DNA from: Candidatus Bathyarchaeota archaeon
Lineage (GTDB): Archaea; Thermoproteota; Bathyarchaeia; Bathyarchaeales; Bathycorpusculaceae
Reading direction: 5' to 3'
NCBI GenBank assembly: GCA_963828195.1
Contig: CAWHDT010000004.1
Location: forward strand, 32,001-96,000
Length of the DNA: 64,000 nt
Part shown: in pieces, positions 21,870-32,334 of the stretch
Position numbering within the stretch: position 1 is the stretch's first letter
How the letters are laid out: every line of letters starts with the position of its first letter
Translations under genes and position numbers: made by a program
Notes under the pieces: generated by a model
What the model saw: the letters and a program-made list of their open reading frames with translations, nothing else
The model's database searches: none
What the model was told of the DNA's origin: nothing

Positions 21870-23066
21870 TCAGTTTTGAGATATTTGCTGCTGAAGTATT
21901 TGTCCTGCTTGATTAGATGCATAGTTCAGTTGTCCGGAAACGAGGCCCCACTGAGTGCCAGTGATCCATGGCGCCCAAGCCCACGCACAAAAACCTACAT
22001 TGTATTGATTAAGAATTGCCAAAGTATTATTGAACCATGCGTACTCTTCGCTCATGTTTGTAGCCCATAGGTTGCAGCCTATTTCGCCGACCCATACAGG
22101 ATGTTGCGACGCAAAGGAAAGCAAGCCTGTAACATTCAAAGCCCAAAGCACGTCAGAATAACTGTATTTTTGAGAATAATTGTTTAATGAATCATAGAAG
22201 CCGTCGCTGTAGAGATGCGTACTGTAAATAATATTATTCAGAGGATCATAGAGTGGATATGAAGAGACCCAGTTCATTGAGCTCATGGTTGTTGAGGAAC
22301 TGGAGTAATTCTGGAAATCTAAGTAAGTGTTAGTACCCCATTGGGCAACGATGATATTTGTTGAACCCGTTTGGCGGACTGCATTAATGCACTGCTGGGT
22401 AACGTTAAACCAGCTTGCTTCTGCCGCTGCGTCACCGTTGGGCTCATTCCACAACTCAAACATCACATTAGGATAGACCTTTAAATTGTTTGCAACACTT
22501 GTCCACACATTAACAAAGTCGCCGACACTGTTGATAATTCCGTTGCCGTTGTCGTAAGGCGGATAAGGCAATGCGGAATCCTCACTTGAACCGCTGTTTC
22601 TCCAAAAAGTGAAGTCAACATAGATTCCCCGCAAGGCGGCTTGCGCAATAAAGTATTCCAGGTTGCTTTGAAAATTTTGTGTGTTCTGAACCCACCACTG
22701 AGTTGTTGCAAGTACTCGAACTGAATTGCAGCCCCAACTTTCTATGGCATCAAGATTGCTGTTTACAGCTGCTGTGTCCCAAGTGTTAAATTCTAGCTGA
22801 CCATTCGGAAGCAGCCAGCTGCCACAGGGTCCATCAATAAAATACGTGTAATCGACCCCGCGCAAAACAACCGCGGTGCTATTTGACGTGAGTATTTGGT
22901 TACCCGCGACATGAAGAGATCCAGTCGAATAATCGGTTGAAAAAGGAGGGTTAGTTGGAACAGGCTGAGGGGAAACTTTAACGTTGTTCAAAACGGGAGA
23001 TAATATTGAAAATATGATAAGCAGACATGTTAACAATATGGCAAAAGCAAGTATTTTTCTTCGCAG
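21870..23066 (-). CDS. Secreted glycoside hydrolase family 5 (cellulase-like)
   Basis: FELWNEP acid/base and VWVGEIG nucleophile motifs; frame extends to an in-frame CTG at 23066 giving an MRRKILAFAILL signal. Confidence 0.88.
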   Translation of the reverse strand: MRRKILAFAILLTCLLIIFSILSPVLNNVKVSPQPVPTNPPFSTDYSTGSLHVAGNQILTSNSTAVVLRGVDYTYFIDGPCGSWLLPNGQLEFNTWDTAAVNSNLDAIESWGCNSVRVLATTQWWVQNTQNFQSNLEYFIAQAALRGIYVDFTFWRNSGSSEDSALPYPPYDNGNGIINSVGDFVNVWTSVANNLKVYPNVMFELWNEPNGDAAAEASWFNVTQQCINAVRQTGSTNIIVAQWGTNTYLDFQNYSSSSTTMSSMNWVSSYPLYDPLNNIIYSTHLYSDGFYDSLNNYSQKYSYSDVLWALNVTGLLSFASQHPVWVGEIGCNLWATNMSEEYAWFNNTLAILNQYNVGFCAWAWAPWITGTQWGLVSGQLNYASNQAGQILQQQISQN

Positions 23067-23136
23067 AAGAATTCACTCTCGAAATCTATCAGGACATTAA
23101 ATTCATTAAAATATTCTTTCTAATATTTCAGTTAAG

Positions 23137-24051
23137 TTAAAGTCGGGTTGCTAAATCTTGGATTTGACCTTTCATAAATCCGAAAGTCCAAGCTGAAAGT
23201 TTTAATCCAAAATGAAAAGGTAAAAGAAAAACAATTTTTTTACGTAGAAACTTGTAGCCTTGAATAGAATAAAAAAAGCCAGCAACGAAACCAGCTATCG
23301 GCGTCATGCGAGGTATTGAGAACGCCTCTCCCGTTTGGCGAACAGTCCTTTGACATCCATAGCCGTACCAGAAATATTTTTTCCACAGGTCTTTAGGCTT
23401 AGATAACCCGCCATGCAACTCATAAAGTTCAGCCATGTTAGGTCTTATTCGCCAACCTGCTTTTTTAATTCTTAAGACCAAGTCAGTGTCTTCGCCGGCA
23501 CCTTTAATTTTTTCGTCAAAACCATTTACTTGCCGCAGGGCTTTAATTCTGAAGGTTGTTCCTCCAGTGCCTATCAGCTTGTCGGTTTTCCAAATGAAGC
23601 TCTTAGGCTTAAGATAGTTTCGTTGGTTGACTATGTATGGAATTACCTCTAGGTTCAAAATCAAGTTGCCAGGAACGGTCTTGAATATCCCTGCAGTTAT
23701 GCCTACCTCAGGATACTTTTCAAGGGTCTCTAATTGGGTTTTCAAATAATTGCTCGTTAATATCTGGTCAGCATCAACAAACAGTAGGTATTCTCCGTCG
23801 GCATTTTCAACGATTTTGTTTCTTGCATGGCCTAAACCCATCCATGTGGTTCTGAAAGATTTCGCTTGTTCGCCGAGCCTTGCTACATAATCGGAAATGA
23901 TTTCGGGGGTGCTATCTTGGCTGCCGTCGTCGACAAAGATTAATTGCATCTGTTTTTTGGGAAAATCTTGATTGATTACGCTGTTAACGGCGTTTTTGAG
24001 CATATTCTCGCCGTTGCGAACGCATATGCCGACGGTTACAAGAGGTTTCAT
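23137..24051 (-). CDS. Glycosyltransferase family 2
   Basis: VDDGSQDST, FVDAD and GFDE...GEDTDL; paralogous to 16091-17053. Confidence 0.92.
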   Translation of the reverse strand: MKPLVTVGICVRNGENMLKNAVNSVINQDFPKKQMQLIFVDDGSQDSTPEIISDYVARLGEQAKSFRTTWMGLGHARNKIVENADGEYLLFVDADQILTSNYLKTQLETLEKYPEVGITAGIFKTVPGNLILNLEVIPYIVNQRNYLKPKSFIWKTDKLIGTGGTTFRIKALRQVNGFDEKIKGAGEDTDLVLRIKKAGWRIRPNMAELYELHGGLSKPKDLWKKYFWYGYGCQRTVRQTGEAFSIPRMTPIAGFVAGFFYSIQGYKFLRKKIVFLLPFHFGLKLSAWTFGFMKGQIQDLATRL

Positions 24052-25232
24052 GCGTTATCCTTCCGAGAAATCGGGTATTTTGAAGTAAATTGCAAGTACT
24101 CTTCTTCGAGTTGACTGGTGATTTTTTTCCAATCGTAGTTCGCTGCAATTGCTCGTCCAGCTTCGCCAATGTTAGAAGAGAGTGTCTTGTCTTTTAGAAG
24201 TTGGACTATGTGCTCAGCGAAATTTTCAAAGTTATTATCGATGAAAATGTTTTTCCCATTTTTAATTGATAATCCTTCTGCACCAACTGAGGTGGAGACA
24301 ACTGGGATTCCGCTTGAAAAGTATTCAAGAATTTTAAGCCTTGTTCCAGACCCTTGAAGCAAAGGGGCAATGCCAACATTTGATGCCGCCAATAAATCTG
24401 CGATGTTAGGCACAAAACCCGTGAATGCAATGCCTGGAAGATTTATTTCGGTTCTTTTTTTCCCAACAACGATGAATTTCACTGTTTTTACTTTTTCTCT
24501 GACCTTCGGTGCGATCACCGAAGAGATCAATTTTATGGCTTCACGATTAGGCTCATAGGCTAAATTGCCAACAAAGACGACAGTTTGGGAACCATCCAGC
24601 CCGTATTGTCTTCGAGTTTCCTGCAAATCAGAATGGCGGCTGAATAATTCAGTGTTAACGCCATTGGGAACAACAATAATTTTCTGAGTTGAAAAACCCA
24701 ATGAAACCAAGAGCTTTTTTTCTTTCTCAGAAACAGTTAAAATTAAGTCTGCATTCCTGTAAGCTATTTTTTCTAGAAAAGTCTCAAGAATTCGCCTAAC
24801 CAAACTTGTATGCTTAACTCTTAAAGCCTGAAAAACATCATGGCAATCAATGGCAACAGGCTTCTTCATTGTTCTCATGAACGGAGTAAGAAGAATGCTC
24901 AAAGCAGGCTGTTCTATTTGAACTATATCGACATTTTGAACAAGACGAGAAGCTCGAAACGCAAAAAGGAAGTCGAAGAAGTATAGAGCTGAAGGTTTTT
25001 CTATCTTCCCAATTTTTCCAATAATTTTAAGGAGTGACTTGGGCAGAAAACCGTTCAATCCATAAACAGAAATTTTATCCACATATTCTGTACTGGTATG
25101 GAATTTTGGTAATATTACATTGACTTTGTTTCCAGTTGCAGCAAGTCCTTTTGCGAGGTTGATTATTCTTACGGAAGCGCCTGAATCGTTCTGCATCGAA
25201 TCTTCGTAAGCGCTTAAAATGCTGATTCTCAT
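24048..25232 (-). CDS. Glycosyltransferase family 4
   Basis: VPNGV and GSGTRLKILEYFSSGIPVVSTSVGAEG. Confidence 0.92.
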   Translation of the reverse strand: MRISILSAYEDSMQNDSGASVRIINLAKGLAATGNKVNVILPKFHTSTEYVDKISVYGLNGFLPKSLLKIIGKIGKIEKPSALYFFDFLFAFRASRLVQNVDIVQIEQPALSILLTPFMRTMKKPVAIDCHDVFQALRVKHTSLVRRILETFLEKIAYRNADLILTVSEKEKKLLVSLGFSTQKIIVVPNGVNTELFSRHSDLQETRRQYGLDGSQTVVFVGNLAYEPNREAIKLISSVIAPKVREKVKTVKFIVVGKKRTEINLPGIAFTGFVPNIADLLAASNVGIAPLLQGSGTRLKILEYFSSGIPVVSTSVGAEGLSIKNGKNIFIDNNFENFAEHIVQLLKDKTLSSNIGEAGRAIAANYDWKKITSQLEEEYLQFTSKYPISRKDNA

Positions 25233-25257
25233 CTATCATCCGGCCCACGCTTTGCAT

Positions 25258-26427
25258 TTAAATCAAGTTGTAAGAAGCTAAATTTTCTTTAGTGAACCAG
25301 ACTCTGTCGTCGGGTTGTGCCCAAACAGAAAATTTTTTCCCAAACAAGACTGCCAAGATAGAAATGAAAAGCAAGATGTTGTTTTCAACAACCTGATAAA
25401 CATAAAACCTTGCTTGAGGGACAAAAAGCAATAAAGAGGAAAACAACAGCAAAGGATAAGATAGCACTAAATAGCTCGATAGAACCAAAAAAATTGCAAA
25501 TGCAATTGGCGAGAACAAATAGAGAAGCATGTTTGGGATAACTGTGCTCTTTGTTGACTTAATTTTTCCCTTGACCAGTAGATCAAGGTATTTCGAGAAC
25601 ACTCTTATCAGCTGGTTTATGCGCCTAAGCTTAATACCGATTTTTCCGCGAAAAGTTGCAGGGAAACTTGAGTAAAATTTTGCGTCTTTTACGAGCATAG
25701 CACGATAGTTCTTTTCGATAACGCTAATAATGGTGCCACAGTCGTCTGAACCTGTTCCGTAAGGATCGAACTTACCAAGAGCCTCCTTCTTGAAGGCGCT
25801 AAAACCTCCTTCAAAAAAAACGGTAGACCCACATTTAGATTCTCCGACCCTTAGATAATTGGCAGATTTTAGATAACTTTCTTCCATTCTAGTAATCCAA
25901 GTTTGACTTGAATTAAAAAGAATTTTTGGTCCGGCGATAGCTCCAACTGTTGGGTCAGCTAAATAGGGCAAGGATTTTTCAAGGATATCTGACGGCCAGA
26001 AGCAATCTGCATCTGAAATTATTACTACGTCGCCTTTGCAATATCCTAATGCGTTGTTTAAGGCGTGGGATTTTCCTTTTCTTTCGCTTTCAACTATGAG
26101 TTTGATGTTCGAGTTTTTTTGTTTTTCTGAAAAGTCTCGCACTATTTTAGCAGTATCATCGGTGGAGTTGCTGTCTACAACAACGATTTCCATAAGTTCT
26201 TTAGGATATGACAGTCTAATGGAATTATCCAGCTTATACCCGATGATGCCAGCTTCATTGTACGTTGGAATAATAATTGAAACCTTAGGTTTGTAGGCAG
26301 AATCAACCTTCGTTGGCCAAGATGCCTTAGACTTATGCTTCATGTACAGAAAAATAAAGGCAGGAGGACCAAGAGCTAGAAAGCCAAACAAAAACCAGAC
26401 TGCTAAGAAAAAAATCATAAGCTCCAC
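25258..26427 (-). CDS. Membrane-bound glycosyltransferase family 2
   Basis: IIPTYNEA, VDSNSTDDT, GKSHALN, SDAD, N- and C-terminal TM helices. Confidence 0.92.
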   Translation of the reverse strand: MELMIFFLAVWFLFGFLALGPPAFIFLYMKHKSKASWPTKVDSAYKPKVSIIIPTYNEAGIIGYKLDNSIRLSYPKELMEIVVVDSNSTDDTAKIVRDFSEKQKNSNIKLIVESERKGKSHALNNALGYCKGDVVIISDADCFWPSDILEKSLPYLADPTVGAIAGPKILFNSSQTWITRMEESYLKSANYLRVGESKCGSTVFFEGGFSAFKKEALGKFDPYGTGSDDCGTIISVIEKNYRAMLVKDAKFYSSFPATFRGKIGIKLRRINQLIRVFSKYLDLLVKGKIKSTKSTVIPNMLLYLFSPIAFAIFLVLSSYLVLSYPLLLFSSLLLFVPQARFYVYQVVENNILLFISILAVLFGKKFSVWAQPDDRVWFTKENLASYNLI

Positions 26428-26533
26428 TCATTTTTTTACAAAAAAGACAAATGCTAACTCCAACGTTTCAAAGTAATTGCTTAGCAGTGATTTTCATATG
26501 CTGATCGGTTTTTTTCCAGTATAATGGTGAGGT

Positions 26534-27466
26534 TTATTTTTCCATGAAAGGTGGAAGAACGTCCCCTGAAATGTCTGTGTAGGTTTTCAGCATTTTTAGT
26601 TGCAAACCCCAAGTGATCGAGTGCATAGTGTGGCTGTAATGCGGAAAGCCCTTTTTCATTTCTGCTAATGTAGCGCCGTCTTCGATTATGTTTATGTCTT
26701 CTGCCTCACCGATCTTTTCTTTTGCTGCCAAAGCGAGGTATGGAACTTTTTTAGGATTGAAACTCATTATTTTTGATGCCACAAAATCATTTGTTAATGG
26801 ATTATCGCTTGCTATTATGGCGCCCAATTTCTTCGGACACTTTCCCCGGCAGATTAAGCCGTCAACCACAACAATGTTTGATTTTACAATCTTGTTCGCT
26901 GCAACAATCACATTCACGATGTTACTGTGATAGGAGTATTTTCTAGGTTTTGAGATTGCACCGAAAATGTTTTTCATCGCACAAGTAACGCCGATAAAAT
27001 TGTGAGTTTTAAGCTTAGGCACGTTTATGATTAAATCAGCGTTCAATAGATCCTCGTTAAACGGCAAGGTAACTTCGTTCCCGCCGACCGTAACAGTCTT
27101 TTCAACAATGTTTCCTTCACTAAGGTTCTTCAATGCCACATTGCTTTTTCTGCATAACTCGTCGTAGCCTAAAATCTTAAAAGCGTATTTCGTTTTCATC
27201 GCAGACGCATCAGCTTCAGCCACTGAAATGTTAACTTTTTCACCTATTTTTTCTTGAACGTATTTTATTACCGAACTAACCACTCGGCTATCTGTCGTTT
27301 CCCCTGTTGAGGCGTTCCAGTAATAGCAAAGGTTTGGCTTAATGACAACATTTTTTACTCCACCAAAATCGTAGTTCAAGTCATCAATCGCTTTCCCGAC
27401 CGCATCATCAATTTCATTTACAGGAAAATGATGATTCTCCACTGAGGTAAGAGCAACTTTCGCCAT
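26534..27466 (-). CDS. DUF362 family protein
   Basis: VIKPNLC, INVPKLKTH and TCAMKNIFG. Confidence 0.9.
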   Translation of the reverse strand: MAKVALTSVENHHFPVNEIDDAVGKAIDDLNYDFGGVKNVVIKPNLCYYWNASTGETTDSRVVSSVIKYVQEKIGEKVNISVAEADASAMKTKYAFKILGYDELCRKSNVALKNLSEGNIVEKTVTVGGNEVTLPFNEDLLNADLIINVPKLKTHNFIGVTCAMKNIFGAISKPRKYSYHSNIVNVIVAANKIVKSNIVVVDGLICRGKCPKKLGAIIASDNPLTNDFVASKIMSFNPKKVPYLALAAKEKIGEAEDINIIEDGATLAEMKKGFPHYSHTMHSITWGLQLKMLKTYTDISGDVLPPFMEK

Positions 27467-28596
27467 TATTTAGCCTCATTTAACGGATATTTTGAATCGA
27501 CCATTTGCATTGTTCCTGATGGCTGTTTCTCTAAAATCAGATTATTCAACCGATAAGCCGAATCGATTATTCGCATAACATCCAACTGTTCCTCCAATGA
27601 AACCGGAAAGTCCGAGCCGTTTTTTAGCGCATCAAAAAATAACTCCATAATAGTATAGAAAGAAGAGTAATAGTAAGTATAGGATAGGTAGTTTAGTTTT
27701 TTGCCTGCTACTTTTCGCATGAGATTCAGGGCGCCTTCTTTAGCAGCGTTTTTTATAGGATCAGATGGGAGATAACGGTCAGTAGAATCGAAACCGACTG
27801 TTCCATGCAGGTTAATTCTGAAATTGAAATCTGGGAAAATCGATTTTGAAAACCAGCCAATATTCACAATTCCGGTTGCATTACAGCTTTTTGACTTCAA
27901 TACAATTGTTCCAGCATCTTCCACTGGCAAATGCATCGTATTTTCTAGAGTTGAGTATGCCACATCAAAATCGCCAAGTAACCAGCTTAAAAGATCAATC
28001 AGGTGATAGCCCAAATCCACCAGCGCACCGCCACCTGCCAAATCTTTGCTAAGCCACCATTCAGGAACTGGAACTGGCACAACAGCGTGTGAAATAGGCC
28101 CGTTAAGAACCAATTCAGAAGTGGCTATCAATGGATCGCCTATTGCGCCGTTTTCAAGCTTGTTCTTCAGTTTCTGGACACATGGGAAATACCGGTAATT
28201 GACACCAACCATCATTCGAACCTTTTCTTTCTTGACTTTTCCAACCATATCCTGCGCTTCGGCAAGGTTTCTGGCAATGGGTTTATCCAAAAAAATATCC
28301 AGTCCCTTTTCAGCAGCGTAAAAAACGCCTTCTTTCTTTAAGAAATTAGGCAGCGAAATAATGACAGCGTCCAATTTTTCATTGTCTATTAATTCTGTGT
28401 AATCGTCGTAGGTTTTAACATGGAACCTTTCTGCATATTGACGGTTTTTTTCGCTTTTATCGGCTCCAGCTACAACTTCGACTCCTTCTACACGCATTGC
28501 ATTAAGCATGTGAAGTTGACCCATGTGGCCTAAACCAACAATTCCAACTTTTGTCAAAATTTTCACTCCAAAAATTACAGTTGACTTACTCATCAA
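27466..28596 (-). CDS. Gfo/Idh/MocA family oxidoreductase
   Basis: GIVGLGHMG Rossmann motif, DKP(EKP) and GGGALVDLGYH; start probably TTG about 28558. Confidence 0.92.
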   Translation of the reverse strand: MMSKSTVIFGVKILTKVGIVGLGHMGQLHMLNAMRVEGVEVVAGADKSEKNRQYAERFHVKTYDDYTELIDNEKLDAVIISLPNFLKKEGVFYAAEKGLDIFLDKPIARNLAEAQDMVGKVKKEKVRMMVGVNYRYFPCVQKLKNKLENGAIGDPLIATSELVLNGPISHAVVPVPVPEWWLSKDLAGGGALVDLGYHLIDLLSWLLGDFDVAYSTLENTMHLPVEDAGTIVLKSKSCNATGIVNIGWFSKSIFPDFNFRINLHGTVGFDSTDRYLPSDPIKNAAKEGALNLMRKVAGKKLNYLSYTYYYSSFYTIMELFFDALKNGSDFPVSLEEQLDVMRIIDSAYRLNNLILEKQPSGTMQMVDSKYPLNEAK

Positions 28597-28661
28597 ATAA
28601 AAAATTACAAAAAAACTTAAAACGATACTATCAAAAAAGAGAAAGTTCAGTTGCTAACTTT

Positions 28662-29429
28662 TCAAAATTTTACGCTTTCGACGAGAATTCTCTTCATTAT
28701 TCCTAAGCCATGTCGAAGCTTGAGCTTTTTTTCACCCAATCTACTCCTGTAGTTAATTGGGATTTCAACAATTCTGTAACCACTTCGCCCAACTACAGCG
28801 TTCATTTCAGCCTCTACGTCGAAGCCTTTGCTCTTGGGTTTCCAAGCGTCAAGTAGCTCACTTCGTACAACACGCAGGCCAGACAGGGGGTCACCGAGGT
28901 TAACACCGTTCATTATCAACTGGGCAAATGCAAACATCTTGTTGCCTAAGTAAAAAGGGTTTGCCACTGATTTGCTATCGTTGAGTTCGCCCTTGAACCT
29001 GTTCCCAATGACCATTCCTACGTCAGGATTTTTCTCTAAAATCTCAACCATTTCAGGGATGTATTCAGCTGGATAAGTATAATCAGCATCGGTAAAAACC
29101 ACATAGGGAACTTTTGAGCCAATGTTGTGGAACCCCTGAAACATAGCGTCGCCCTTGCCAATACCCTCTTGAAGCAGGACATCTGCGCCCATATTTTTGG
29201 CTATTTCAATGGTTCTGTCAACGCTATTGCCGTCTACAACAACCAAGTAGGGCTTATCCAGAACGTCTTGCAATTCACTAATCGTGGGTCCCACTCCATC
29301 TTCTTCATTAAGCGTTGCTATAACCACTGATACTTTTGATCGATGTTCTTCAGCAAAAGTTAAACCTGATCTTTCTCCTTCACTAAATGTTCCTATAATC
29401 ACTGGGGTACTTGAACGAATTTCAGTCAC
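28662..29429 (-). CDS. GT2, dolichol-phosphate sugar synthase-like
   Basis: TLNEE, VDGNSVDRT, GKG, TDADYTYP and Y..RLGEKKL. Confidence 0.9.
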   Translation of the reverse strand: MTEIRSSTPVIIGTFSEGERSGLTFAEEHRSKVSVVIATLNEEDGVGPTISELQDVLDKPYLVVVDGNSVDRTIEIAKNMGADVLLQEGIGKGDAMFQGFHNIGSKVPYVVFTDADYTYPAEYIPEMVEILEKNPDVGMVIGNRFKGELNDSKSVANPFYLGNKMFAFAQLIMNGVNLGDPLSGLRVVRSELLDAWKPKSKGFDVEAEMNAVVGRSGYRIVEIPINYRSRLGEKKLKLRHGLGIMKRILVESVKF

Positions 29430-29571
29430 AAAAAAACCTCCAAAAAACCTAAAAATTAGCGTTATGTACTAAGCAGGAAAACAAGCTATTAAAGTCGTAA
29501 GGATTAAATATCTCGAACAATCAGCAGATGTTCTATATCTTTTCAGCAAAATTCCAGAGGAATCCAAGTTA

Positions 29572-30246
29572 TTACTTGTAAAACACTTCTTTATTTCCAA
29601 GGTGACCCTTAGTTTCTACAATGGGTTTCGTTTGATTGCTTAACCATATCTGAGTTTCGCTTCTGAACTCTTCCACTGCCCGTTTCTTAATGTCCAAGTA
29701 ATCTGAAATGTTGACAACTCTCGTTCGGTTACTTAAGAAACCAATCATTTTTTCGAATTTTGGTCCAATGCGCGAAAATTTGTGAGTGATAGAATACTGA
29801 AACACACTATTTTCCAAGTTACGTTTTTGAAGGCAACGTCTAATCACTCTGCTTGCAGATTGATGATCAGGATGCCAGTCTCGCTTTAGTGGGAAATATA
29901 CTTCATCGGGAAAATGCCCTTCTAAGAAAGCAGTTACTGCTTGCTCGACTTCAGGCTCATGTTGTGAAAGAGTATAATCTTCGAAATCAAAGAAAAACAA
30001 GTTGCTCTTCAGCACACCTAAAATGGAAACGGCGTCAGTAACCTCTTTTTTTCGAATTTGCTTTATTTCTTCTGGAGTTGGGTTTGACGTTATGCTTAAA
30101 ACTTTTGAGAATGCATGCCTGCCATCAGTCATGATTACGACAAATACTTTGTAGCCTTCATTGATTCTTTTAGCTATTGTTCCTCCACAACCCAGCGTTT
30201 CATCATCGGGATGGGGAGCAAAAAATATGGCCGTTTTCTCGCTCAT
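29572..30246 (-). CDS. PIG-L/LmbE family N-deacetylase
   Basis: APHPDDETLGCGG and HPDH zinc motifs. Confidence 0.95.
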   Translation of the reverse strand: MSEKTAIFFAPHPDDETLGCGGTIAKRINEGYKVFVVIMTDGRHAFSKVLSITSNPTPEEIKQIRKKEVTDAVSILGVLKSNLFFFDFEDYTLSQHEPEVEQAVTAFLEGHFPDEVYFPLKRDWHPDHQSASRVIRRCLQKRNLENSVFQYSITHKFSRIGPKFEKMIGFLSNRTRVVNISDYLDIKKRAVEEFRSETQIWLSNQTKPIVETKGHLGNKEVFYK

Positions 30247-30291
30247 AATACACGCCTTATTCCAAAAAGTGTAGAGTTAGCGTCTTATTTT

Positions 30292-31410
30292 TTAACTGCT
30301 TTTTTTAAGAGAGATTTTTAGTTTTGTGGCGATGTTCTCAACGGTGTTTCCCCAAGTAACACGATCGTATAGCTCGCTGATTATTTTTTTGTGAACAAGC
30401 CGCACTTCAAAGTTTCTTCTGTAATTGTTGGTCCATTGTTTCTTGTAGGGTTCATCTCCTCTGGTCATATCGTATTCTGTGAAACCCTTTGCTATGCATT
30501 CTCTTAAAAGAAACATAATTATTAAATTTCCAACAGAGAACTCGGAGTACTTTGGAAGAAAACCCGCGAGGTAATAATACATTTTTTTATCATACTCAAA
30601 CGTGTATTGGGCAGCCACGGGTTCTCCGTCTATCCTGAGAAAATAGATGCCCAACCAATTATTCCCCGCAAAAACTTCGGCTACATCCTTGTGAAAATTC
30701 CTAAAGGTTTCCTCAGCGAAGGCTCCAGGCTGACCTTCTGATTTCCACTTCAGCTCATGCAACCCGATGAAAATATTCATCGCTTCTTTAACTGAGAAAC
30801 CGGCTTCATCAAATCTCTTTAGGTCTACAGTATGATTTTCCTGAATTTTTCTAACGTATCGATTTAGGTTTTGCCTCAAATTTCGGCCAAAACTCTTTCT
30901 TAGGCTGTCGAATGTATTTGGCAGCGCAACATACGGACATAGGTTACAGACTCTTTCCTTCGTTTCAAGGTTTAAAGAGGGAGCCATAAACAGTTGTTTT
31001 GAATAATTAATGTTTTCAGGAATCTCTTTTAGTTCAATCCAATCCCAATCTTCTTCTTCAGTAAGATAGTCTAGTATGTACCTCATGAACTCATTTTCTT
31101 TTTTTGAAACGATAAAATTGTTATAATCTGAATGGCGAGCCCCCAGAAATTCGATTTTCTTAATTGAGCCAAAACTTGCCAGTTTGTATTTAGATAACAT
31201 CAGTGGAGCTATTCCCAAAATTTTGTTGTCTTCTTCGACTTTTAAGAGCAAAAGTTTTCTTTGTGCTCCGAAATGCTTCCACCATGTGGATAACCAATCT
31301 ACTGTTAAGAAAACGTTGTTGCCAAACCGGTTTTCTTTAAGGATTTGATCCCACACGTTTCGAATACTTTCAAAATCGTCAACTTCGGTTACTTTCAATG
31401 TATCCTTCAA
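30292..31410 (-). CDS. GNAT, CelD/BcsL (Acetyltransf_6) Fem-fold transferase
   Basis: FLT.DWLSTWWKHFG, SDY, YYYLAGF, SVG and DMTRGDEPYK. Confidence 0.88.
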   Translation of the reverse strand: MKDTLKVTEVDDFESIRNVWDQILKENRFGNNVFLTVDWLSTWWKHFGAQRKLLLLKVEEDNKILGIAPLMLSKYKLASFGSIKKIEFLGARHSDYNNFIVSKKENEFMRYILDYLTEEEDWDWIELKEIPENINYSKQLFMAPSLNLETKERVCNLCPYVALPNTFDSLRKSFGRNLRQNLNRYVRKIQENHTVDLKRFDEAGFSVKEAMNIFIGLHELKWKSEGQPGAFAEETFRNFHKDVAEVFAGNNWLGIYFLRIDGEPVAAQYTFEYDKKMYYYLAGFLPKYSEFSVGNLIIMFLLRECIAKGFTEYDMTRGDEPYKKQWTNNYRRNFEVRLVHKKIISELYDRVTWGNTVENIATKLKISLKKSS

Positions 31411-31434
31411 CTCTTCGGAGTTAAAACTGAAGAT

Positions 31435-32334
31435 TTAATGTTCACTGAATAAATGTAAATAGACATTAGCAGCTGTTGTTCTTAAATTATCTTTAAGGGT
31501 TTTACTTGGAAATTGCTTCATGAAATAATCAAATTCCCCAATCGGAGAAAAATGAAAAGTGCCAATTCCTTTTTTATCTGCCAAAGCAACTGCGCCAACT
31601 GATTTCGGAGATAAACCCACCAGTTCTGAAACTGCACTATCTGCCGCCACCACGTCTTCACTGGACATGACCATGTTCAACCGTTTGGTATGCGTCCCAA
31701 TTACAGCCAAACCATCAAGAACCACCAAATGCGTCTTTATCTCTTCATTTATTGCAACGATAGCCTCATCTAGCACCTTGTGGTAGATGAACTTATTTGG
31801 ATAAGCGTTGCATCCAAAGAAGTTTTTTAGCGCACAAGAAATCTTAACCCTTTGCATATATTTCGGCTTAGGAACATTTACCACCAGATCAGCCTCGGAA
31901 AACAATTCAGGTATATGAAACTTGAAGTCTTTACCGTCAAATGTTCTGTTAACGATTTTGTATTTCTCTTCAGTCAAGTTAACCATGTTTACCTTTTTTT
32001 CCGTTGCCATCTTATTGTACCCAAGCATACTAAACGCGTTTTTGCATTTCATGGCTGAAGCATCCGATTCAACAACAAAAAATTCTGAAGCATCCGTGTT
32101 TTCCCTGAAAACATCAATCAGGGCTCCTACAAACCGGGGGTCAGTCACTTCCCCCGTTGACGGATGATAATAATAGCACATATTTGGCTTGATTACGATT
32201 TTTTTAGACTTTCTGCCAAAATCAAATTTAATTAAATCAAGCGATTCCTTAATGGCTTGTTTTACTGCTTCAGGTTCACAGTTTTTAGTACGCACAAAAC
32301 TAACAAGGCTCAAAGTGTATTTCCTCCAGAACAT
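31435..32334 (-). CDS. DUF362 family protein
   Basis: VIKPNMC, VNVPKPK and SCALKNFFG; start probably TTG about 32313. Confidence 0.88.
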   Translation of the reverse strand: MFWRKYTLSLVSFVRTKNCEPEAVKQAIKESLDLIKFDFGRKSKKIVIKPNMCYYYHPSTGEVTDPRFVGALIDVFRENTDASEFFVVESDASAMKCKNAFSMLGYNKMATEKKVNMVNLTEEKYKIVNRTFDGKDFKFHIPELFSEADLVVNVPKPKYMQRVKISCALKNFFGCNAYPNKFIYHKVLDEAIVAINEEIKTHLVVLDGLAVIGTHTKRLNMVMSSEDVVAADSAVSELVGLSPKSVGAVALADKKGIGTFHFSPIGEFDYFMKQFPSKTLKDNLRTTAANVYLHLFSEH

